Position numbers and translations under genes: made by a program
Part shown: piece after piece, positions 57,364 through 64,000 of the stretch
Layout of the letters: each line of letters opens with the position of its first letter
How positions within the stretch are numbered: position 1 is the stretch's first letter
Notes under the pieces: model-generated
The model's input: the letters and a program-made list of their open reading frames with translations, nothing else
Told to the model about the DNA's origin: nothing
Database searches by the model: none
Assembly: GCA_029258795.1 (NCBI GenBank)
Contig: JAPDKB010000002.1
Coordinates: forward strand, 64,001-128,000
Source of the DNA: an archaeon
Lineage (GTDB): Archaea > EX4484-52 > WAPT01
Direction: 5' to 3'
Length of the DNA: 64,000 nt

Positions 57364-58473
57364 TCAGTGTCTGATTATCTCTATACCCAGTGCCTCGCCC
57401 AAGCTCTTTTTCTCAAGCTCTTCAGCGGTTTCTGAAGGCCCGAGCACATACGGGCTCTTTACACCGGTTATGATGGTTATCACTCTTATCTTTCCATCCA
57501 TACCAGGGTCAATTCTTGCACCCCAGATGGTCTGAGCGTTTGCATCCAGATGTTTCTGCACATACGTTCCTATTTCGTTTATCTCGCTGAGCTTGAGGTC
57601 TTTTCCACCAGATATGTGTATCAGAGCTCCATTTGCTCCAGTGTAATCCACATCAAGTAACGGATTTTCAAGCGCTCTCTCGACAGCTTCCCTTGCTCTT
57701 GACGCGGATGAACTCTCTCCGATACCTATCATTGCCACGCCTCCAACGCTCATCACGGCTTTCACATCAGCGAAATCCAGATTGACGAGGGATGGCTGAG
57801 ATATGGTTTCCGTTATACCTTTTATCATTGTCACGATAATTTCATCCGCAACAGCAAACGCCTGATCAAGCGACATCTCTCCTGCTATATCCAGCAGGCG
57901 GTCGTTTTCTATCACAATTACGGTGTCTGTAACTTTTCTCAGGTTAACAAGCCCTTCTTCCGCCTTGTGGATTCTCGCACCCTCTATCCTGAAGGGCATT
58001 GTAACAACACCAATCACTATAGCTCCTTGACTTTTTGCAATCTCAGCCACAACCGGAGCTGCTCCTGTTCCGGTACCGCCACCCATACCTGCTACCACGA
58101 AAACCATGTCCACTCCACGTAGAACATCTTTAATTTCGTTAATGGACTCTTCAGCCGCTTTTTTACCAACATCAGGATATCCCCCCGCTCCAAGCCCCCT
58201 CGTAACCTCTTGTCCGAGGAGTATCTTCCTATCCGCTTTAATCATTTTGAGGTGTTTCGCGTCGGTGTTCATGGCTATCGTTTCTGCTCCTATAATTCCG
58301 ATTGTACTTAGCCGATTAATGGCATTACATCCCATGCCTCCTATCCCCACCACTGCAATTCTGGCCTCCTGTGGTGTCTCAAATTCAGGATTTTCGTCCT
58401 GATAATAGATAGGTACCGCATCTTTATTCATTTGCCTTTCGATTGCCTTCTGAATAATTGACTCCATCTTCAA
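57364..58473 (-). CDS. ftsZ: Cell division protein FtsZ
   Basis: GIGGMGCNA, NTDAKHL, GLGAGG, GMGGGTGTG and NLDFADV motifs. Confidence 0.97.
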   Translation of the reverse strand: MKMESIIQKAIERQMNKDAVPIYYQDENPEFETPQEARIAVVGIGGMGCNAINRLSTIGIIGAETIAMNTDAKHLKMIKADRKILLGQEVTRGLGAGGYPDVGKKAAEESINEIKDVLRGVDMVFVVAGMGGGTGTGAAPVVAEIAKSQGAIVIGVVTMPFRIEGARIHKAEEGLVNLRKVTDTVIVIENDRLLDIAGEMSLDQAFAVADEIIVTMIKGITETISQPSLVNLDFADVKAVMSVGGVAMIGIGESSSASRAREAVERALENPLLDVDYTGANGALIHISGGKDLKLSEINEIGTYVQKHLDANAQTIWGARIDPGMDGKIRVITIITGVKSPYVLGPSETAEELEKKSLGEALGIEIIRH

Positions 58474-58560
58474 TCCCCCTCCACCAGTTTTTTTGTGAAC
58501 ATGAACCTATAGCTCACACTACCGAAATGTTTAAATTCTCCAGTTTGCACACTATTCCTT

Positions 58561-58712
58561 ACCCGCAAGAAACCGAGCCGTCTGCCCGCTAGGAAGAGCT
58601 GCAGACTGCCAAATAATTCAAACCCACTTCAAAGCCCGCAAGTTTTAAGCCCGCAAGGAAATTTTGCCCGCGTGTAGTGAAAAGTTTTTAAATCTCCTTC
58701 TCAGCCCGCTTA
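58561..58712. repeat. Six same-orientation RCCCGC(AAG) repeats upstream of ftsZ
   Basis: ACCCGCAAG 58561, GCCCGCTAG 58584, GCCCGCAAG 58634, GCCCGCAAG 58649, GCCCGCGTG 58666, GCCCGCTTA 58704. Confidence 0.7.
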
Positions 58713-58714
58713 AT

Positions 58715-58880
58715 TTAAAACCATGATTTATTTACTATATAAATCTTTTCGTAAGGGTAACTATAGTTTTAAAAATATATTTTGGTATAGTGTGACCTTT
58801 ATTTCTTGTGGAACTAACCTTAGTTTCATGTGGAAAATACAACCTTTATTAAAATACAACCTTTATTTAAGAATTTCCAC
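58715..58880. other. Candidate replication origin (ORB-like boxes plus AT-rich unwinding element)
   Basis: Minus-strand GTTCCACAAGAAATAAAGGT (58795..58814) and TTTCCACATGAAACTAAGGT (58817..58836); AT-rich tract 58715..58790; 17-bp tandem repeat 58834..58867; opposite-strand TTTCCAC at 58874; cdc6 about 2.5 kb away. Confidence 0.6.
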
Positions 58881-58920
58881 CGAGTGAGAATTTAACCCTC
58901 AATCCTTGTAAGGTGAGCAT

Positions 58921-59937
58921 ATGCAGTGTAAAGACGTAATTCCACCACACGGCCATGGCCTGATGACCAACAATCGACTTATCTTCATCATGTGGGGCAG
59001 GGTGCTGTTCGGCAATGATCCGTTGTATGTTCTGAAGTATGTACCATCCAAAGGGTCAGGAGAAGATGTTCGAATTTTTAATGGTATGCGTTATCTGAAG
59101 GTGAGATCACCCATTTACGGCTACAGCAACATGATCGAAGTTCTCACGAGTGTTTGTCCAAAATATGTCGGCCAATCCCCATATTTTACTAGGAGGGTTG
59201 TTTGCATTCCGGAAGAGGACATCTCCCGCATTTTCTCGCCCGTCGAGATTGCAGAAAAAATAATCTCTGATCCTCAGGACCCGGTGGAAGAAAAATTTGT
59301 AGATTACTGCGAGTTTTTTAGAGAGCAGATTGGAGGGGGTGTAGGATTCGGCATCACTGCTTCACTTATGTTCGGAATGCACACCACCAAATCTGACATA
59401 GATCTGATAATTTACAGCCAAAACCCGCAGCAGGTCCAGCTGAAAATTTTTGAACTGATTGAAGAAGGGATGGTGTGCACAGCTCTCAGAGAAAACGAAA
59501 AGGAGAAGAGAATCGTTGAGAACGTGTTTCAGCAGAAGGTGGATGAAAGTTTCATAAAATGGCTTGTGGAGCAAAGAAGATATTACGGCTCATTGAGACA
59601 TCCGGAGATTGGTGTGGAGTGCCACCTCATGCTCCTGTCCAAGCAAACTAAGGTGATTGAACACAAGCCATGTGAAGTTAGACGCGTATGCGTTGAGGGA
59701 GAGGTGGTGAATGCTGATGAGACCTGCTTATCCGCGCCTGAATTTGAAATAAGGTGTGGGAATGAAACTTTCTGGGTGGTGTGCTATCACAGAGGTGGAG
59801 AGCTTGTGAAAACAGGTGATAGAGTTTCATTAGCGGGAGACATGATGAAATTTTCTGATGGCTCAGCATTAATAGCTCTCGTGGACTGGAACGATGACTG
59901 GCTCAGGATTTTGAGAACTGAGCAAAGCTTGCGCTGA
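58921..59937 (+). CDS. Archaeal predicted nucleotidyltransferase (COG1665-like)
   Basis: GITASLMFGMH..KSDIDLIIY motif; C-terminal OB-like region. Confidence 0.72.
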   Translation: MQCKDVIPPHGHGLMTNNRLIFIMWGRVLFGNDPLYVLKYVPSKGSGEDVRIFNGMRYLKVRSPIYGYSNMIEVLTSVCPKYVGQSPYFTRRVVCIPEEDISRIFSPVEIAEKIISDPQDPVEEKFVDYCEFFREQIGGGVGFGITASLMFGMHTTKSDIDLIIYSQNPQQVQLKIFELIEEGMVCTALRENEKEKRIVENVFQQKVDESFIKWLVEQRRYYGSLRHPEIGVECHLMLLSKQTKVIEHKPCEVRRVCVEGEVVNADETCLSAPEFEIRCGNETFWVVCYHRGGELVKTGDRVSLAGDMMKFSDGSALIALVDWNDDWLRILRTEQSLR

Positions 59938-60012
59938 GCTTCGGAAAAGAACCCTATGAAATTTTTTAAAATTACCTGCCATACTATACTCACGTTGTTA
60001 TCGTGTTTTCAC

Positions 60013-60172
60013 GGTCCCGTAGCTCAGCTGGTTGGAGCGCCGGTCTTATATGACCGCGGGAGCTAAAAATAACGGCTGTTGCTCCCGTGTCTAGGCCAGC
60101 CGGAGGTCGGGGGTTCGAAAGCCATCTAGAGAAACTGGAAAGAGAATATGGCAGAAAATCCCCCCGGGACCA
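60013..60172 (+). tRNA. tRNA-Ile(TAT) with two introns: 37/38 (60051..60097) and 59/60 (60120..60158); CCA not encoded
   Basis: Acceptor GGTCCCG/CGGGACC, A73; CCGGT-CT TAT G^A-GCCGG. BHB1 is CTTA/TAGG with GAC/GTC; BHB2 is TTCG/AGAA with GCCAT/ATGGC. Confidence 0.88.
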
Positions 60173-60213
60173 TCCTTATTCTGCCCGCATTGATATCCTA
60201 AGATTCTTAAAAT

Positions 60214-61287
60214 TTGGAGTATTATACTCACTATATGATAGTTACAGATGATGCGAAAGTATTGAAAGTTGAGGGGCACCAGCGGCATGGATATTTGATC
60301 GTTGGTGCTAAAATTTCTCCCGATATGAAGAAATACTTGGAAACGAAAGGAGAGGCAGGATACAAACCGGCTGTCAGCTTCTCTTTAAGAAGCAAGCTGG
60401 CCAGATGCGGTGCTGATGCTCGGCTATCGGGGTGGGAAATTCATGAGGACCTTCTCATGGGCAAACTGGAATATATCAATAGGGGATTGCCAATTGAATA
60501 TCGTCCGGGAGATGAGATAGGGAGGTTCTTCGGATACCATCAGAAGGAAGCTTTGAGAGGGCAAGAACTGTATGATATGGTACGTAAATGGACTCCGCAA
60601 GAGAGTGTCAGAATGAATCCTGAGGAATGGAACGAGTTTAGGGATTCCACAATAGCGCTGGAACTCCAACCCTACAAGGTATATGAGGTTAGGAAATCAA
60701 AAGAACCAGTGAGAGCACCATATATAATCGATAGCAACGAGCTTTATCTGAAGATTAAGGAAGTAACGCCAGAAGAGGTCGTTGAGGAGCTGCCTTTCGA
60801 ATCAAAAGAGCGGATGTTATCGCAGATGATGGAGGATAAGTCCCTTAAGGACACACTGTTCTGGGAGTGGCTTGCCATACAGCTATCCAAGAATGGCTTC
60901 TGTGTTGTGGAAAGCGTGGCTGAGATCGAGATTCCCGAAGGACATTATGGTCTGATACCAAGAAGGACTTCACTCTGGGGCAGCACCAATCAAGCATCTT
61001 CAGTCATAGTTGATCCTGCTCCCAAGTTTCAGGGCAAGCTACTCTATGAGATCGTTTCGGGCACGCCGGGAGAGCATCTCTCTCCAAAACGCTACGGATA
61101 CCTGCGCATCTATCCAGATACGCTCTCCCACACAGAAGAGCGCTACAGACCGGAAAAGCCGGAGAAGATGGAAACAAGGAGGGAAAGGAAGGAGAGAATG
61201 ACGACCATCTCCACAGGCGTGGCAGCATGTCCATGGCGTGGAAGATGTGAGGAGGAATCAGTTGAGGAAATTCTGGGAATGATATAG
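60214..61287 (+). CDS. Hypothetical protein with degenerate dUTPase/dCTP-deaminase-like motifs
   Basis: SLRSKLARCG, and IEIPEGHYGLIPRRTSLWG...IVDPAPKFQGKLLYEI, resemble trimeric dUTPase-fold motifs. Confidence 0.5.
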   Translation: MEYYTHYMIVTDDAKVLKVEGHQRHGYLIVGAKISPDMKKYLETKGEAGYKPAVSFSLRSKLARCGADARLSGWEIHEDLLMGKLEYINRGLPIEYRPGDEIGRFFGYHQKEALRGQELYDMVRKWTPQESVRMNPEEWNEFRDSTIALELQPYKVYEVRKSKEPVRAPYIIDSNELYLKIKEVTPEEVVEELPFESKERMLSQMMEDKSLKDTLFWEWLAIQLSKNGFCVVESVAEIEIPEGHYGLIPRRTSLWGSTNQASSVIVDPAPKFQGKLLYEIVSGTPGEHLSPKRYGYLRIYPDTLSHTEERYRPEKPEKMETRRERKERMTTISTGVAACPWRGRCEEESVEEILGMI

Positions 61288-61331
61288 CTTATGATTATGT
61301 TTTATACTTTTTCTCATCCAAAAATTCTCAC

Positions 61332-62342
61332 ATGGTTGATGATGGAGGCATCATTATTAAGGAAGAGGTGTTCGAGGAAGCTTATATACCATCCCGAATG
61401 CTTCACCGGGAGGGGCAAATTCGGGAAGTGGCGAGATGTCTTGAGCCGGTGGTGGAAGGAAGAAGAGCGCTCAACCTGTTTCTTTATGGTCCGCCGGGCA
61501 CGGGTAAAACCACCCTTGTGAAATACATGTTCGATGATCTCTCATCAAGAAGCATGAAGTTCAAGCCGATCTACATAAACTGCTGGGAGCGCAACAGCAA
61601 GCATGCTGTAGCATCGGCATTGCTGAGCAGCGTTGACCCTCTGGCTCCACTCAAGAGAACTCCGGCTGAATTGCTTGAGGACTTTCTCGGGAGTGTGGAG
61701 AGAAAGGAGTACAACGTTGTTGTGTGTCTGGACGAGGTGGACAGAATGGAGGATAAGGACATGCTCTATGATCTCTCTCGAGCCGGGATAGGGCTTGTGC
61801 TCGTCTCCAACGATCCCTACGCGCTCGTTGACCTTGACCCGCGCATAAAGAGCTCCCTCTTTCTCAACTTCGTGGAATTCCCGAAGTACAGGCCGGACGA
61901 GCTCGTTGACATTCTTAAGGACAGGGCTGAAATCGGACTGAGACCGGGAGCCATAGAGCCCCATTTGCTGCGGGTCATAGCTGTGAGTGCTGAAGGGGAT
62001 GCACGGGTTGCCATAGCCACGCTGAGGAACGCTGCCAAGCTTGCTGAAAGCAGAGGAGCAAGCAAGATAGAAAAGGATGATGTGATGCAGTCCGTTAAGG
62101 CAGCCAGAAAGCTCAAGGTGCAGCAGATATTAAGCACGCTGAATGAAGAAATGCGGCTCCTTTATTCAATTGTGGAGGAGCACGGCGAGATAAGCTCAGC
62201 GGAGCTTTACCAGATTTACAGGGAGCGCAGCAAGAAGCCGGTGGCTGAGAGAACCTACCGAAATTACATGGACAGGCTGGTTGAGCTGAAGCTTGTGAAA
62301 GCTGAGGGAGATGTGAGGTGGAGGAGGTATAAGGTAGTGTGA
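61332..62342 (+). CDS. cdc6: Orc1/Cdc6 replication initiator
   Basis: YIPSRMLHREGQI, GPPGTGKT, YINC, LDEVD, DPRIKSS and GDARVAI motifs; C-terminal wHTH. Confidence 0.93.
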   Translation: MVDDGGIIIKEEVFEEAYIPSRMLHREGQIREVARCLEPVVEGRRALNLFLYGPPGTGKTTLVKYMFDDLSSRSMKFKPIYINCWERNSKHAVASALLSSVDPLAPLKRTPAELLEDFLGSVERKEYNVVVCLDEVDRMEDKDMLYDLSRAGIGLVLVSNDPYALVDLDPRIKSSLFLNFVEFPKYRPDELVDILKDRAEIGLRPGAIEPHLLRVIAVSAEGDARVAIATLRNAAKLAESRGASKIEKDDVMQSVKAARKLKVQQILSTLNEEMRLLYSIVEEHGEISSAELYQIYRERSKKPVAERTYRNYMDRLVELKLVKAEGDVRWRRYKVV

Positions 62343-62356
62343 GAATAGGAACAACT

Positions 62357-62800
62357 TCAAGTCAATCCATACTCTTTTAGAAAGGTCTTGATTTCCTCCT
62401 CCCTCTTCATCAAATTCTCCACCGGCAGAAACAGCGGCTCCAGCTTTTCTATTTCCTCCCAGCTTTTCCACTCCCATCCCTCACATTTCTCTGGCTCCAT
62501 GACTTTTGGCTCACCACTTTTCCATCTTGCGATCATCCAGACGGTTATGTAGTGCTTACCCTCCTTCTCAAACACGTCGTTGGTGGCTGTCAGAAACCTG
62601 ATGTCAGCGATCTCTACTCCAGCTTCCTCTCTAACCTCTCTTCTCGCACATTCCTCAAAACTCTCTCCAAATTCCAAATGCCCTCCGGGCGTGTGCCACG
62701 TGCCATGGCCATGGCTTGTGGATTTCCTTTTACCAATCAAGAGCTTTCCGTCCTTAACGACTATAACCGCAACACCAACTCTTGGCCTGTCTCCTGACAT
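62357..62800 (-). CDS. NUDIX hydrolase (NUDT15/MTH2-like)
   Basis: RPRVGV, PGGHLEFGESFEECARREVREEAG and EPEKCEGWEW motifs. Confidence 0.92.
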   Translation of the reverse strand: MSGDRPRVGVAVIVVKDGKLLIGKRKSTSHGHGTWHTPGGHLEFGESFEECARREVREEAGVEIADIRFLTATNDVFEKEGKHYITVWMIARWKSGEPKVMEPEKCEGWEWKSWEEIEKLEPLFLPVENLMKREEEIKTFLKEYGLT

Positions 62801-62867
62801 TAATTCTGACTGGAAACTCAAAAGTTAAATGTTTAAAAAGCCCACCGAACTTCTAGGAGGTGGTGTC

Positions 62868-63095
62868 ATGGAAAATGAAAAAATCCTCGAAGCGCTGAAG
62901 GATCTGATCTGGATAAATGCGGTCATAGCCACCGAAATAATCCGGGTGGTGGAGAACACGAAAGCTGCTCTTGGTTCTGATGTGCCAGCAAGCTGTAAAG
63001 ATGAGCACAGGCAGATACTCCAGAAGGTTATAGAGCTGGCGGAGAAATGGAGGAAAGAAGATATTTTGAGGGAGCACAATCTCAAACATCCTTGA
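62868..63095 (+). CDS. Small helical hypothetical protein
   Basis: GGAGGTGG RBS before ATG 62868; TTTAAAAA promoter. Confidence 0.65.
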   Translation: MENEKILEALKDLIWINAVIATEIIRVVENTKAALGSDVPASCKDEHRQILQKVIELAEKWRKEDILREHNLKHP

Positions 63096-63101
63096 TCCGA
63101 G

Positions 63102-63389
63102 CTATTTAAGCACTTCCCTCACCACATCAACAAAATCCTGTACGGAAGCGCCCACAACAACAACATCCGTAGAAGAGAACCACTTTTCAACAGCTTTTCC
63201 GACCTCGCTTACGTTCACCCCTTTGAGAAAGTTCTCCAGCTCCACTATTTTCTCTTCAGGATGCATGAAGAAATCTCCGGTTATCCTGATATCCTCGATC
63301 TTGTCGTCATCAACAACAACCCTAACCCTTATTAGTTTACCTCCAGCAACCTTTTTCTCAGCTCTTTTTTCTACCTCCAAAAGTTCCAC
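63102..63389 (-). CDS. Lipoate-protein ligase C-terminal subunit (LplB)
   Basis: KVAGGKLIRV and ITGDFFMHPEE motifs. Confidence 0.88.
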   Translation of the reverse strand: MELLEVEKRAEKKVAGGKLIRVRVVVDDDKIEDIRITGDFFMHPEEKIVELENFLKGVNVSEVGKAVEKWFSSTDVVVVGASVQDFVDVVREVLK

Positions 63390-64000
63390 CCCCGTGTTGA
63401 GTACTTTTCGTTATAGAGCTTCTCAGCAAGCTCCAGCTCGTAAGGAGTGAGCTTTCCATCCACGAACCTGACTCCAAGCACATCTTCAAACGATTCTCTC
63501 ATCAAGCTTGAAAATTCATCGAAGGACGGCACGTAGCCCAACTGCTCTTTTACCGTGGTCACCACCCTTTTAAGATCATCCACAACCTTGTCCTTAAGCT
63601 TTTCCCTGCTTATTTTCAGCACGTTGAGCATCGTATCAACATCGAAATCCAGCAGAATGGTGCCGTGCTGAAACACCACACCTTTCTTGCGGGTTTGTGC
63701 GTTGCCCGAGATTTTTCTGCCCGCAACCACCACATCGTTCACGGGCCTGAACGAAGCATCCATACCCAGCTTTTTGAGCGCATCGATTATCGGCTGACAC
63801 AACACCCCGTATGATGTAACGATATCCCTCAGCTCGGGCATGAAGTTCTCCGGAATAATGATCGAATAGTTCAGCTCGCCTTCCGGATACTTGTACACGG
63901 CTCCACCCCCCGTCATCCTTCTGAAGATTCTTATGCTGTGCTGCACACAGTACTCCACATTCACCTCCTCCTCCACACTCTGAAAGAATCCGATTGCTAC
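63371..64000 (-). CDS. lplA: Lipoate-protein ligase catalytic subunit LplA (5' end outside the window)
   Basis: RRMTGGGAVY, NDV...RKISGNAQ and QHGTIL motifs. Confidence 0.92.
   Translation of the reverse strand, partial: VAIGFFQSVEEEVNVEYCVQHSIRIFRRMTGGGAVYKYPEGELNYSIIIPENFMPELRDIVTSYGVLCQPIIDALKKLGMDASFRPVNDVVVAGRKISGNAQTRKKGVVFQHGTILLDFDVDTMLNVLKISREKLKDKVVDDLKRVVTTVKEQLGYVPSFDEFSSLMRESFEDVLGVRFVDGKLTPYELELAEKLYNEKYSTRGWNFWR

Noticed and set aside
57301-57364. SECIS element with UGA readthrough of ftsZ
   Set aside because: FtsZ is complete at its stop, the hairpin lacks the archaeal GAA/A core, and no selenoprotein candidate is nearby.
58561-58867. Possible CRISPR array or mini-array
   Set aside because: The repeat units are only 6-9 bp, or 17-20 bp without unique spacers of regular length, and there are no cas genes in the window.
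35-60172. Split or permuted tRNAs, pseudo-tRNAs, or C/D guide RNAs inside introns
   Set aside because: Each gene reconstitutes a complete collinear cloverleaf after intron removal, and no RTGATGA/CTGA box pairs are present in the introns.
58921-60172. COG1665-like NTase acting as a dedicated CCA-adding enzyme for the adjacent CCA-less tRNA-Ile
   Set aside because: Only adjacency supports it; the protein does not resemble the archaeal class I CCA enzyme, and CCA-less tRNA genes are common.

Overview
Gene-dense archaeal chromosome segment. It has GGTGA/GAGGTG ribosome-binding sites, TATA/BRE promoters, L15e, L40e, RFC, Cdc6, FtsZ, MC1, class III pilins and an SRP RNA. The gene mix and a tRNA-Ile(UAU) suggest a DPANN lineage such as Aenigmarchaeota, which is an inference only. 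Most of the window is housekeeping: pyrKD-pyrC, thiI, iscSU, herA, XPD, nreA, DNA ligase, a Tad/type IV pilus locus and a DUF134-NifX-CDF-COG1149 metal/FeS operon. The most striking signals are non-coding. All 7 tRNA genes carry BHB-type introns, and 6 of the 7 have one at the same non-canonical T-loop site (59/60). The T-loop introns of tRNA-Ala and tRNA-Thr are clearly homologous (38/47 nt identical), which suggests intron spread between tRNA genes. There is a rare double-intron tRNA-Ile(UAU) with G37 and a tRNA-Gly(CCC) with C33. A candidate replication origin (two ORB-like boxes plus an AT-rich tract) sits directly upstream of ftsZ, next to an array of six CCCGC repeats. Two accessory blocks lie at tRNA 3' ends. 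No CRISPR array, rRNA gene, transposase or integrase was seen.
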